64,000 nt of DNA from Camelus dromedarius. Lineage: Eukaryota. The position numbers and the translations under genes are program-made. The DNA lies in contig NC_087437.1 in the NCBI RefSeq assembly GCF_036321535.1, positions 26,042,001 to 26,106,000 of the forward strand. Reading direction: 5' to 3'. Below, in pieces: positions 51,241 to 64,000 of the stretch; position 1 is the stretch's first letter, and each line of letters begins with the position of its first letter. The notes below the pieces were generated by a model. It saw only the letters and a list, made by a program, of their open reading frames with translations, made no database searches and was not told the origin of the DNA.

Positions 51241-51552
51241 TTTTTTTTTTTAATGCAAATTCTTTTTTTAAAGGATATTTATTTATTTATTTATTTATTT
51301 ATTATTTTTTAAGGATATATTATTTATTTAAAGGATTATTTTATTTTGGTTGGGAGTAGGGGGAAATAATTAGGTTTTACTTATTTTTAGAGAAGGTACT
51401 GAGGATTGAACCCAGGACCTTGTGCATGCTAAGCCTGCACCCTACCTCTTGAGCTATTACCCTACCCCCTTTTTTTTAATGGTGGTACTGGGGATTGAAC
51501 CCAGGACCTAGTGCGTGCTAAGCATGTGCTCTACCACTGTGCTATACCCACC
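51241..51552 (-). mobile_element. Head-to-tail pair of Vic-1-like SINE units
   Basis: Two copies of GGTACTG.GGATTGAACCCAGGACCT (~51396 and ~51484) separated by a T-rich linker; long AT-rich tail at 51241-51350. Confidence 0.88.
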
Positions 51553-52039
51553 TTCCTCTATAGCACTTTTTAAGAAGTCACTTCACTTCTGGTCATCCTC
51601 ATTTCCTTACCTGCAAATCTACTTCTTAGTGTGGTTTGTGAGGACTGATTAAGATGATACCCACAACTGTTTCTGACCACAGTACAAAATCAGAATTACG
51701 GCCACTGCACTGGGAAAGAGTGACATTTTGGAGGGAAAGATTGATATTGTGGAGACCAGCTGACTTTATCGTGAATAAAAAGAAACACTTAATTCTTGTG
51801 GATCACAATTAAAATCTTAATACCAAGTAGTCTTTTAAAAAAAAAGTGAGAGAGAGGTGTCCGAATGTCTCTTTTACCTCAAACATTCTAACAATTTAAA
51901 GTTCTATGCTCCAACTACTGTGTGTGCACCTTGGACAAGTTTCTTGGCCTCTCTGAGTCTCCATTTCTTCATCTGTAAAATGGGGAGAATGAGTGATTCG
52001 TGAGCTAATTGCAAGGAAATGAAACACCATCAATGTTTT

Positions 52040-52495
52040 GTCAGAAACAACCCAACGTCCATCAGCAAAATGAATATATAGACCCATTGTGGTTTACTCC
52101 ACGATGGAATATCATTCAGCAACAAAAGGGAGTTAACACTTGATACATACAACATGGATAAATCTCAAAATTATTTTGCTGAGTTAAAGAAGCCAGATAA
52201 AAAATATAGATACTGTGCAAATCATTTTTATAAAATTCTAGAAAATGCAAACTAATACGATAATAGAAAATAGATCAGTAGTTGTGGCAGGGAGATGGAG
52301 GGGAGGGGAGGGAGGAGAGGGGAGGACTACAAAGGAACACCAGGAGATTTTGGGGGGAGTCATGGAAATGTTTGTTATCTTGATTGTGGTGATGGCTTCA
52401 TAAGTGTATACATATGTCAAGACTTACCAAATCGTACACTTTAAACATATGCAGCTTATTGTATATCTCTTATCCCTCAAAAAGCTATTAAAAAA
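52040..52495 (+). mobile_element. Old L1M 3' end
   Basis: ACAACATGGATAAATCTCAAAAT...AGAAGCCAGA...TCTTGATTGTGGTGATGG...GTACACTTTAAA. Confidence 0.85.
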
Positions 52496-52895
52496 CAGGA
52501 GCAACCCAGAAGCAGTGTTTTGCTCCATGATTCTATATTCACGGTGAATCTAGTCATCCAGGAGGATGCTAACAGCTAGGAATCTGTTTCCATGACAATC
52601 CCCTCCCTCTATGAGGGAAACGCACAGTTTTCCAACAGTTTGTGCCCTTTCCATGTTCCATGAGATCAATTCTCATGGTGGAGGATTGTAAGTGATCACG
52701 TTTCAAACACTCAAAATACTTGCAAGAAGTTTGTAGTGTGTGTTCCTTGTTTTAAATTTATGGCTAAAAATTCTGTAAACTCTTCCCTTCTCATGACCCT
52801 GCCCACCTTTCACATGAGTTCAGTAGTTACTTGTACAATCTGCTGTTTGCCACAGTCCCAGACCTTGTTTCTGGGAAAGAAAAAACTAAAATCTT

Positions 52896-52993
52896 TTATT
52901 TAGTTATTTAAAGGAGGTACTGAGCATTGAACCCAGGACCTTGTGCATGCTAGGCACATGCTCTACCACTGAGCTATACCCCACCCCGCCCCC
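52896..52993 (-). mobile_element. Vic-1-like SINE (short form)
   Basis: A/B boxes; TSD AAACT(A/G)AAATCTT at 52883-52895 and 52994-53006. Confidence 0.9.
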
Positions 52994-54366
52994 AAACTGA
53001 AATCTTACATAACTAATGACAAAATTGGCCAGAGTCAGTGTTACTAAAGATTTAAGCTGCTTAATTATTTATATATGTATATACATATATTATAAAATTT
53101 TACATTTTTGGAGTAATACATTCACACGGTATGTGTGGATACAAGAGGGTACATGGTGAAAAGCCTGAGTTCTACCCCTGCCTCCATCATTTCTGGCCAT
53201 TCCCTGATAGTACCAATGTGAACAGATTTTTGTTATTTCCAGATATAGAAAAAGCTATACACATATATATATTCTTCCCTCCCACCTATTAAAACCCAGC
53301 AATTTGTGTTTTACTCTAGATGAGTCTATCATTGCACACAGAATTTTGAGAAGCACCGACATGACATAATCTTATCCCCTTGGGTTTTTCAGTTATCAGT
53401 TACCAGAGGTGGGTATCTTTCTCCCAAATTCTTGAGTCAGGGATCACAAAGCCTAGATCTAAGCTGGAAACGGGGACAGGGGATGGGAGACAGGACAATC
53501 GGCGGGGGGGAGCACGTAGACAACGTTTCAATCCATCACCTCATTTCATTTATTATTCGTATGTTATTTTTAACTACAAAATAAATACCCAATACATAAA
53601 ATTTGTGAAATTTCATCACCCATATGTAACCACTTCAATATTGATGTATCTCGAGGGCAATGGGTTTTAATTTAATATTTTTATATGTACAAATAGTGTT
53701 CTTCTTTTCTCAACAGTGAATCTATTGCATGTCAATCTGTCTCTATATTTTTCTCACTCACAGCCTATCCAAAGTATTTTTCCAATGAGAGGGAGGCAGT
53801 TGGCTGGTTAGTCTGCTAGTTGGTGGGGAAGAGGGCCTGGCAGGGTGTCACAAGGCTGCAGAGACTGATCTTGAAGGCAGCCTGGGATGTGGGTTGGATC
53901 TGAGATTGTCCAAACAGGCAGGCAGCCCCGAGAGAGCTGTGTAGAATCTAGGGGCAGTTACCCAACCTGAAAGTCAGTGCAGGAGTTGGCTTGATACTAA
54001 CATATTCATTCTTACTTTTTAGGACCCTAGTTGATGAGCCATAGGGTTCAGGGGCTGGGGCCAGGCTCAGAAAGGGAGAGTGGCAATAGCTAGGTTGGGG
54101 TACCAACCCGGGCCTGAGGTTCAAAGTGATGCTTATTCCTGAGGAGGGTGGCTGTGTGTGTGAGAGAGAGTGGGAGTGGGGGAGAATCCTTGATAACTAT
54201 TTCCAATCACATCCAGTGGCACATCTGTAAGGGTTAAGGATAACCTTAAACTAGTTCCAGGCTGAAGAAGCTGAAGGCTTGAATTAGGACAGTAGTGGTA
54301 GGGATGGAGAGGATGGAGCAGACTCAAGAATTAATCTTGAAAAGAAAAAAAAAAAATTAATCTTGT

Positions 54367-54448
54367 GGGGTGGGTATAGCTCAGTGGTAGAGTACATGCT
54401 TAGCATACATAAGGTCTTGGGTTCAATCCCCAGCACCTCCACTTAAAA
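54367..54448 (+). mobile_element. Vic-1-like SINE (short form)
   Basis: GGGTATAGCTCAGTGGTAGAG...GGGTTCAATCCCCAGCACCTCC; flanked by AATTAATCTT repeats. Confidence 0.9.
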
Positions 54449-57136
54449 AATTAATCTTAGGTAATAATTGGTATGAGATGGTGGCTGAGATGACGACTGA
54501 GGAAGGAAAGGGAGGAGTATAAAGAAGTTTCCTAATCTTCTCTGCTAAGAATCATGTGGAAAGCCTGACAATCACACAGAATTCTCAGCCCCTTTTCCGG
54601 AAATTCTGACTTAATAAGTCTGGGGTGGGGCCCAGGAATCTATATGTCATTCTTTTTTTGTGTTTTTTTTTTGGTATTATTAGTATTTTTTTTTTTTTTT
54701 TAGAAATTACTGAACTATAGTTGATTTATAATATTGTGTTAGCTTCAGGTGTACAGCCAAGGGATTCAGTTTTTAAGTCATTCTTACTGTAGGAAGATGA
54801 TTTCCGGGTCTCTGGCTTGGGGTATTGGACTGGGGTAATGAAATCCACTGATTTCAGTTTTAAATATGTTGAGTTTGGAACAGTGCCACAGTGGTGACCA
54901 AATCTGTTGAGCGTTTACTGTATCCTGATGCTTTACATGCACTATTTGATTTAATCCATACGACATCTGTATAAGGGGATTACTATTACTATACTTATTT
55001 TGTAAATGCCTAAACTGAGTGGTAGGGACAGTAAATCATTTTCCATTTTTTACACAGCTAAAGAGAAGACCTGGGTCTTAAACCCAGGCACTCCTTACTC
55101 CAAAGCCTTTGTTCTTTCCAACTACATCCTTCTGTCTGCTGAGTGGATATGTACCCATAGGCAGTAGCACCTGAGTTGAATCACAGGTCAGGACTGGAGA
55201 TAATGATTTGAAATGAAAATACACTTTAGACTGTTCAAGGAGAGCCTGCAGAGAAAGAGGAGTATTGGCCATACGTGGAGCTGTGTTCCTGTTTTGAAAG
55301 ATGGGCAGGGTAGTCAGTGAGAAGGCCTCAGGGGTCCAAGAAGTTCAAGGAGAATGAAGAGAGACAAGCATTTTCTAAACTAAGCAAGTTGAGTTGCCAG
55401 AAGGAGCAAGTTTTTAAAGCAGCAGAGAGAGCTTCAGTAAATGAAATTAGCCATTGAATTTAGCAAAAGGGGTAATTTTTTTTACCGTGCCCAGGAAGGT
55501 GGGGGGAGAAGGCCAGGCTCCACACACTGAGGAGTGAAGAGATAGATGAGGAAATGGAGATAATGAGTGAAGGCCCATATCCTGGGAGACTCAGCCATAA
55601 CAAAATAAATTTGGAAAGATACTCACTAAAATGTTACCTGTGCTCATCTCTGAGTAGTAAGATTGTAAGTCACTTCTGTTTTCTGGGTTTTTTTTTTTTT
55701 CTCTCAGACTGCAGAATGCACTTTGGAAAACATCATTTTAATTGAGCAGGGTGCCGCTAGAGAAGGGTAAATTTGTAGGGATCAGGTTTGCCTCCTGCAG
55801 CCTGGGGTGGACGCCAGGAGAAGATAAACTGTGGTCGTACCCTCACACAGGGGCAGAAGAACTATAGAAACGAAAAAGCACATTCAGTATCTTAAAAAAA
55901 ATTTTTTTTTATTTCAGCTTTAAAAAGTAAACATATATTGACAATACTAGGAAAATTACTTAAGAAGAAAAATGAAGGGGGTTGGGATTCAAGAGCAGAA
56001 AAGTCATGGCTAGAGGGATTGGAAAGAGAAGTTTCCCATTGGGGCTCCTGTTTACAGGCCCAGGGAGAAGAGCCTGGGAGAGGGAGAACCGGTCGGATCA
56101 GGGGGTCTCAGATGTACCAGGGCTGAGAAAACTGGGACCAGGCAGAGAGAGGAAGCCAGACTCCAGGAAACAAGCAGCATCTCTTCATCATCCTATGGGT
56201 AATCCCTCTAACATTTTCAGCTTCTACTTCTAATCTGGTTTCCATGTATTTATGTGTAGCGTTTTTGCTATAAAACTGATCATCATTTTGTAATGTGATC
56301 TTTTTCACTTAATATTATAGCATTTGATCATGTCATTAAATATTATTTAAAAATAATATTTTAGTACCTAATAATCCCTCATATAGATGTGACATTTTTA
56401 GGGTTAGTGAAACATATTTTCAGATTACTTTCTAGAAATATTGTGTCAATTTCTTTCCCATCAGAAACAGATCAGTCCCACGTCGCTACCCTCTCACAAG
56501 CTGTGATGTTATCAATTTTTTCCATCACTGCCAATTTGATAGGGAAAATAGGGTGTTGGGTTGTCGATTTTAATTTGCATTTCTTTCATCGCCTTCAAGG
56601 TTAGTAGTTTCGGTCACTTTATTAGTCATATATATTTCCACTCTGAAATAGTCATATTCTTTGTTCTGTTGTTTAATATGACAATCATGCTTTTATTAAT
56701 TTTAAATAATTCTTAAAATACAAAATAAAATAAATATATGATGAATGAATAAATAAAGCTAATGACAGACATCACTCTGTTAAACAAGAAAGCTACTCTG
56801 TGTTGAGAATGTCCATTTGTCCATGTGTTTTTCTTTCCTTATCTAACACTTATGTACAACACTTGGGTGATTCTTCCAAACAAATGATAGACTCCTTGTT
56901 CATAGAGATCTTTAAAAGTGCCTTGGAATCTTTATGGTAAGCATGTCCAGGGTCTTTAGCCATAGTTTATGGGGTTTAATTGAAAAAGCTAAGTCAAGAT
57001 GAGTCCAGATCTTTGTTTATTCAGAAACAAACAAAACTTTTGAGTGGCCTAGTCAGAATATAAAGCAATAAAAAGCTGTCCATTTGGATTCTCAATGGCT
57101 TAGCCTTGCAAATTGCTTGAGTGTTGTCTCTTTTTA

Positions 57137-57138
<2 letters not shown>

Positions 57139-57179
<41 letters not shown>
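57139..57179. repeat. (GT)~20 microsatellite
   Basis: Uninterrupted GT run. Confidence 0.95.
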
Positions 57180-57180
<1 letters not shown>

Positions 57181-60100
57181 AGTGGAGTGGGGGATGAGGG
57201 TGGAGAATGAAATGACATCACGTGTCTCCTGCCGTCATCAATATAGAATTTCCATTAAAAAAATGTTTCATCTGAATCTAATTATGAGAAACAATCAGAC
57301 AAGCCCAGATTGAGGGGCATTCTGGCCTGGGCTCTTCAAAAATGAGCCCACATGTTTATGTGAACCACCAGGAATTGCAGCAGAATTTAGAGATGACCAT
57401 GTTTGTCTATTATGTCCTATTTCTATTGTCTAGATTATGAAAGTGAGCTAGCCAGGAAGTAGACTCTTTTGCTCTGGAAATTAAAGTAATTTAATATAGA
57501 AAATGGCAAAGTCCCATTCATTACCTAATTAAGAGGAACATCTCTCCCTGATTAAAATTTGTTGACCTCATTATCTTAGACCAGAAGCCAAGAGAATGCA
57601 GCTGTCCCTAGATCATGTATTCCTGAGCCAATAAAATAAACGCCAGAGTTACAGTGTGTAATTTAAAGTTCTCTCCTTTATTTTTACTCCTAATCACCTT
57701 GTCTTTCTCAGGCGCTCATTACCTGAAAAAATATTGGCTTTTTGGAGTTTTTCTCTCTCCTCTTGGTCAGTTTCACTGTGCGAAGTTGTCCTAGCTATTG
57801 AATGAAGATGATTTTTGTTTGGGGAAGATTTGAGATGTTTTCTCCTAAGGCAAAGGAGGCATCCCCTAGCTCTGAAACAAATCTACCATCAGACTTCTAA
57901 GAAAAGAGCAGGAGACACCCTTCCTTTTAAGTCTCTCATCCTACCGTCGCCTTTGGAAGGTTATTTTATTTTACCAAGAGAAATATAACCATGGAAGAGA
58001 ATTCAATCCATTACAGAGTTTAGTTGGCTAAATTGGGTTTAGATGACTTTACTAGTCAATTAATTCAACCTGTATTTACTGAATTCCTGCTATAGTTAGG
58101 AATTCTGTAAGTAAGAGCAGCGGTCACTGGTGGCGGTGGCCAGTCCTTATGCAGCTAATATGTAAGTATCCAATTTCAGCTGCTTGATTAGAGTTGCGAA
58201 AAAGGCTACAAGAGAGAAGTATACAGGGCTGTGAGGGCAGATGACAGAGAGCCTAACTCCATCTGGGGAAATGCAGAAACACCTCCTTGGAGAAGCAGGA
58301 TTGACCTGGGTTTCCGAGTAGGAGTAGGAGTTGACCTGAAGGAGGTGGTCACAGGAGGGTGTTTCCTGAGAGAAGGCCAAAGTGGTGGGACACAGAGTGC
58401 TTTGCGACACTGCCAGGTTGAGTAAGCAGAGGTCAGACTATCTAAGACCTTGCAAGTGAGTTCAAGGTTTTGGTTTTAATCCTGACAGCAGCAGGATGCT
58501 GCTGAATGGTTAACACAGGTGGGCGACACTGCAGAACAGCGAGCCAGGGAGCAGTCGGAAGTGATCTTTGTGCATGAGGCTTTGTGTGCCCATCAGCTTA
58601 CTTCATCGGGATATTGTCCTAAGCGGAAAATTATCTAAGTCAGAGAATGTAAAGTGGGAGTTTTTTGGCTGTTGTTTTTACTCTTTATTATAGAAAATTT
58701 TATCTACATAACAAATGAAGAGAATAGTAAATGGATACCTATGTAGCCATTTCCTGGCTTCCGCAGAGATCAATGTATGATCCATCACCTTTTATCCATA
58801 CTCCTATGCAGGCACAGCCAATCTCCAGTGGGTAACTTTGAAGCAAATTCTAAATAGCATTATTTCATCTGTTAATATTTCAATATGTATTTCTAAAATA
58901 TAAGAAGAAATCTTTCTGTTTTTTACCTTAACTTTCAATACCATAGTTGCATCAAATATTAATAATACTTTAATATGGCTAAATGTCCATATAGAGTGGT
59001 TTAAACATATTTAGAACTTTGGATACACAGTGTGAAACTGCTTTTTGGACAGCCTAAACAAATTTATATTTTCATCGACCATGTTTGAGACGGACTACTC
59101 ACCACAGTTTCAGCAAAATTGTGCATTATTTTTCTTACCATTACCAATTTAATAAATGAAAAATGGCATTGTATTTATATTCAAGTTTGCATTTCTTTTA
59201 TCAGTGGGGTTGAACATCTTTTCATAAGCCTATGAATTATTTATATTTCCTCTTTTGTGCACTGTCTGTTCTTGGCCTTTGAACATTCAGCAACTGGAAT
59301 CATAGTGTTTCTTCTGGGAGATTTGCATGAAACTTTGTTAGAGATGTGGCAACTATTTTCCCCATTTGTAGCTTGCTTAGCATCTTACCGCTGTCACTGA
59401 ATGTCACTGAAAGAAAAAAAAATTTGAAGTTAAAAACCCTCCCAGGGTCATCCAGTCCTATGTCCATTCTACTGTGCATGAATCACTCCTGTCACATCTC
59501 TGCCAAGGTGTATCTGGTTTCTGTTTAAACATTTCTAGTTGTAGAAACTTCACTATGTCAAGGGCATTGGTCCTAAATATGGACTATAATTACTGGAAAA
59601 TGCCTTACACTGACCAGAAGTCTTTATATTGAACTTAGTAACTTCTACCTAGTTCTCTCAGCTGGAGATACCCAAAATATCTTCCTCAGTAGATGACACC
59701 CCTTTAAATCTTTGATGACAGTATGGTTTCCTAAATTCTCCAAGCTAACATTCCAGTTCCTTCAACCACTCATTGACTGTAATTTCTAAGCTCCTCGTTA
59801 TTTTGACTTTTCTCTCCTAGACATACCCAAACTCAATGTTCCCAATACAATCTCTCTCCCTGGATCCTTATTTCTTCATCTAAAAAATGGTTTGCAGTAC
59901 AAAAGGGATAATACTATAACTCTTGCCCTCCTGCTCTGTGAAATTGCTTGTAATTTAGCATTTTTTAGAATTCTTTAAAATAGTCTCTAGATGTAAGCCA
60001 AACTTTAATATGGAGCTTTTAGAATTGGAAATAGACCATTACAAATCATCTTCCTAATATATAATTATTTTACCATTTTCTATCAAATTTAAATAGCAGA

Positions 60101-60197
60101 AATTACAAAGCTGTTCAGATGGTATATCAACTCAAGACAGTAATTTATACCATGCACATGTTTTTGTGTTAGAGTATGGTTGTCAGTTTATATTCTC

Positions 60198-60314
60198 CTT
60201 TATGGTGAAAAAGAATATGAAAACGAATATATGTATGTCCATGTATGATTGAAGCATTGTGCTGTACACCAGAAATTGACATGATGTTGTAAATTGACTA
60301 TACTTCAATTAAAA

Positions 60315-60363
<49 letters not shown>

Positions 60364-60370
60364 AATAATA
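60198..60370 (+). mobile_element. Short L1 3' end whose tail became an (AT)n microsatellite
   Basis: L1 3' UTR, then (AT)~21 at 60319-60361; TATATTCTC repeated at 60189-60197 and 60371-60379. Confidence 0.85.
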
Positions 60371-62059
60371 TATATTCTCTTAACCTCTGAGGAGTCTGCA
60401 AAAATTAGATGATGAAATACTTTTCCCTTGTACAGTGCCCAAAGATTTTTTTCTAATGAAAAAATGTCAGCTATGGAAAGCACTTTAGAGACCATCTAGT
60501 CCAACCCTCCCTCCCCGGTTTTCCAGGAAAAAAAGCTAAAGTCCAAGGAGGTTAAGTCATTTTCCCAAGGACACATAGGGAGTCAGAGGCAGATTTCTGA
60601 AGAAGTTAGCCAATCAGCCAATCTTGTCTACGAACGTCTGTAGGCACCTGAAAGAGATTGGTCACTGTAATATTAGGACGTTAGACCCCTTTTGATTCTC
60701 AGAAGTTTTTCCTGATCAAGGATATAACAGGTGATGGAATCTGCCAAAATAAGGCGAGGCAACAGAGGGAGGGGTCATAAAAAACACTGCTTTGTGATAT
60801 TAATTACAAGGAATCTACACAGGACTTTGTGGCAGGTTGTATTTTCTGAAGATAATCACAGCAATAAATCCTGAAGGATTTCTTGACCCAGCGAATCCAC
60901 ACATCTGTGAGGAATAATAACCTGTTGTTTTAAGGCATGAACATTGAGAGTGGTCTATCACGCAGCAATAAAGAACTGAAATAGACTTTCTAAACCACCC
61001 TCAATTTTTATTTATCTTTTTTATAAAATGTTTTCCAATGGATATGATTCATTTAAAAAAATGCTAGTGAAAGGCATATAAAAGTATTTTTGACCCCTTA
61101 ATCCCAGTTTTTAAAACCACTGTCCCTCTTTCCCAATCCTATGGGGTTTATTTCGTTATATTTTGGTTTATTTTAATCCTTGCCAGAACCCTTTAAATAA
61201 GACCCTCCAATTCTCACTTACAGATAATGTTCTCTAGACTGAAAGATAAGACTTGCTCCCAGAAAGGAAGAGTCTGATTCAGACCTACAGCTCTCTAACT
61301 AACTCTGGAATTCTTTCTGCCTTCAAAGTTGCTGAAAAGGGCAAGATATCTTTTGGTCTGGAAGAAGCCCTGGCTTTGGTTGAGCATTAAGAATTAGAGG
61401 CAAGTAGTGTCAAGTCTGTCACTACTAAATGGAAAAAAAATTATCTGATAGGGTTATTTCAAGGATTAAATAAAATAATACATATGAAAGGAGCACAGTG
61501 ACTGTCTGTGATGAATAGTCTCTAAATACAGCCTCCAAATAACTCCTCCCGCCCCAGTACACACAGCTGCCCCTCACAAAAGCAGTGAAGTCTGTTTCCC
61601 TCCCCTTGCATCTCGGCTGGCCTGGTGGGGTTTGTTTTTTTTCCAGTTTCTAACACTTGCATGAAGGCACATTTTAAAACTCTGACTGGATGCAAGTGGC
61701 ACATTTGGTTTTTGCTGTGGAAGTTATTAATTTGGCTGATATACCTATTAAGTATCCTTCGAAATAATCTCCATATTGCTGAGCTCAGAATGCTTTTTTC
61801 CCTATTTAAAATAACATGAAAAACATTGACATACAATTTTGTACATGGTGAATCTACTGAAATCCTACTATGGAGATGACCTTCAGCAAGTATCAAGATC
61901 AACTGAGGAAAAGTTTAAGGGTGACTGACTTACAACGGACAGAATGCAGTGAAAAGAATATTCTGGGACTTCTAGGCCCAGGTGTTAAGAGTACTAGCAG
62001 TTTTCCAATGAACAGTACATATATGTAAATTTAAAATTATATGTGCAGTAAAAAAGAAA

Positions 62060-62595
62060 AAAAGAAATGATCTAACAAGCTGTGAAAGACATAGAAGAAA
62101 CTTCAAAGACATATTACTAAATGAAAGAAGCCAGTCTGAAAAGGCTACAAACTGTACGATTCCAACCAAAGGACATTCTGGAAAAGGCACAGCTACAGAA
62201 ACAATAAAAAGATCGTGGTTTCCAGGGGTCTGGGGAGAGGGAGGGAGGGAGGAATGAATAGATGGAGCACAAGGGATTTTTAGGGCAATGAAATTATTCC
62301 GTACGATACTATAGTGGTGGCTACATGTCATTATGCATTTGTCAAAACCCATAGAATGCACAACATCAAGAGTGAACCCTAGTGTAAACTATGGACTTTG
62401 GCTGATAATAATGTGCCCATGTTGGTTCATCAGTTGTACCAAATATGCCACACTGATGTGGGGTGTTGAGGGTAGGAGAATATATATGTGTGGGTGGGGA
62501 GGGCTATGTACGAACTCTCTGTATTTTCTGCTTAATTCTGCTGTGATCCTGAAACTGCGCTAAAACAATAAAATCTATTAAAAAAAAAAAAAAGA
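62060..62595 (+). mobile_element. L1MC-type 3' end
   Basis: GAAAGAAGCCAGTCTGAAAAGGCTAC...AAGAGTGAACCCTAGTGTAAACTATGGACTTTGG plus A tail. Confidence 0.88.
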
Positions 62596-62639
62596 AAGAG
62601 TACTGGCAGTTTTCTACTCCTTTTTCTGTTAAAATGATC

Positions 62640-62890
62640 CTTCTGGGAAGGCTGGAGACTGCCATGCTGTGAGGCAGCCCAAGTCAGCCTCATGAAGAAC
62701 AGAGGTGCAGTGGACCAGACCCTCAGCTGGGCCTGGTCACCAGGCACTTGGCCAGCTGCATGCAGCTGTGCAGGGAATGCCAGGTGGGACCAGCAGAACA
62801 TCTGCCCATCCAACATTCAGAACTGTAAAGTTGTTTGAAGCCACTGAGTTTTGGTGTGTTTTGCTACTCGGCAGTGGAAATCTGAAGCAT
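62640..62890 (+). mobile_element. MaLR MLT1-type LTR fragment
   Basis: TGCCATGCTGTGAGGCAGCCCAAG...TTTGAAGCCACTGAGTTTTGG. Confidence 0.65.
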
Positions 62891-62919
62891 ATTAATGCTC
62901 GATGCATATAATCATTTAC

Positions 62920-63355
62920 ACAGCCATAAATAGGAATGAAATAATGCCTTTTGCAGCAACACGGATGGACCTAGAGATGATCATACTAAGTGAAGTAAGT
63001 CAGACAGAGAAAGACAAATATCATACGCTACCACTTATATGTGGAATCTAAAAAAACAAGATACAAATGAACTTATTTACAAAACAGAAACACACTCACA
63101 GCCAGAGAGAACAAACTTATGGTTACCAGAGGAGGGAGGTAGGGGAGGGGATAAATTAGGAGTCTGGGATTTGCAGATACAAACTACTATGTAAGAAATA
63201 GATAAACAGCAAGGTCCTACTGTATAGCACAGGGAACTATATTCAATATCATATAGTAACCTATAATGAAAAAGAATATATGTATAACATAATCAGTTTG
63301 CTGTACACCAGAAACTAACACAACATTGTAAATCAACTATACTTCAATAAAAAAA
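62920..63355 (+). mobile_element. Artiodactyl-type L1 3' end
   Basis: TTTGCAGCAACACGGATGGACCTAGAGA...AAGGTCCTACTGTATAGCACAGGGAACTATATTCAATATC...CTTCAATAAAAAAA. Confidence 0.92.
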
Positions 63356-64000
63356 TGTATAATCTTTTAGTATCACTATTATTCAGAAGACTTGTATAAA
63401 GGATAATGGCATTTATTTAGACTGAATTGCCAATGAGAAACTGCTTGCTGTATGGGAGATGGGAACAAGGAAGGGAGGATGAAGTAAATTCTCTTTAGTC
63501 CTTTGTAGATTTTGATTTTTATTATGTAAAATAAAAACTTCAGTTCTTCTGCTCTAACCTGGAAAATCCCTGCTGTTCTGTTGGTTGAAATCCCCAAGAT
63601 GAAATCTGAGCCACTTAAGCATTTATTTCTTATTCAACCTGGAATCTTGCCTCCATCAAACAGCTTTTAAATACATGTCATAGCCTTGCTTTTCTTCCTG
63701 ACTTGCAATTTTGTGTAATTGCCATCTAAATAGACCTTGCAGCAATCATTTATCAGATTTATAGGTCCAAACTTCCTTCCTGAGTGATAGGAGCATCTTG
63801 TCTAAGCAAAAATAGGAATGTTCCAACCTTCTCTCACTCTTCTGCCACCCCCGTACATCTGGAGCTTTAACTTCAACTATTTTAAATAGAAGAAAGATGT
63901 TGGTGGAGACATCTCTCCCCTAAAAATGACTTGACTTCCTTCTTTCCAAGCAGTACTTAGCCCCTTGGGAGAAATTTTACTTTTTCTCCACAAGGGCATA

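Noticed and set aside
6936..53440. Scattered AP-1 motifs (TGA[C/G]TCA)
   Set aside because: The roughly nine I noticed are close to the chance expectation for 64 kb and are not clustered.
13300..64000. Many short ORFs in the six-frame track; possible TM4SF4 or TM4SF18 exons
   Set aside because: I found no L6-family or other recognisable protein motifs and no coherent exon chains. Many ORFs overlap repeats. The neighbouring paralogues appear to lie outside the window.
1..64000. CRISPR arrays, operons or other prokaryotic-type systems
   Set aside because: The sequence is spliced mammalian DNA, and there is no regularly spaced repeat-spacer array.

Overview
Mammalian genomic DNA, most likely from a camelid (alpaca, llama or camel). 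That call rests on eight Vic-1-like tRNA-derived SINE units and artiodactyl-type L1 3' ends, with no ruminant, pig or primate SINEs that I recognised. The only protein-coding gene I can support is TM4SF1 (L6 tetraspanin-like family) on the minus strand. It has five coding exons (12974-12798, 11359-11270, 11168-11023, 8628-8448, 6566-6552), all introns are GT-AG, and the CDS is 609 nt encoding 202 aa. It has a TATA/CCAAT/GC-box promoter near 13.1 kb and a ~850 nt 3' UTR with four candidate poly(A) signals. The remaining ~51 kb upstream is intergenic and rich in repeats (L1, L2, MIR, LTRs, hAT DNA transposons). The most notable items are a young 5'-inverted (twin-primed) L1 with a perfect 14-bp TSD, a near full-length ~3 kb hAT-Blackjack-like transposon relic with readable transposase motifs, a site apparently hit twice by target-primed reverse transcription (TPRT), and alternative polyadenylation that could remove a miR-1/206 site and a Pumilio site. 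I found no convincing evidence of a novel biological system. Repeat family names are from memory of consensus sequences and need RepeatMasker/Dfam confirmation, and boundaries of old repeats are approximate.
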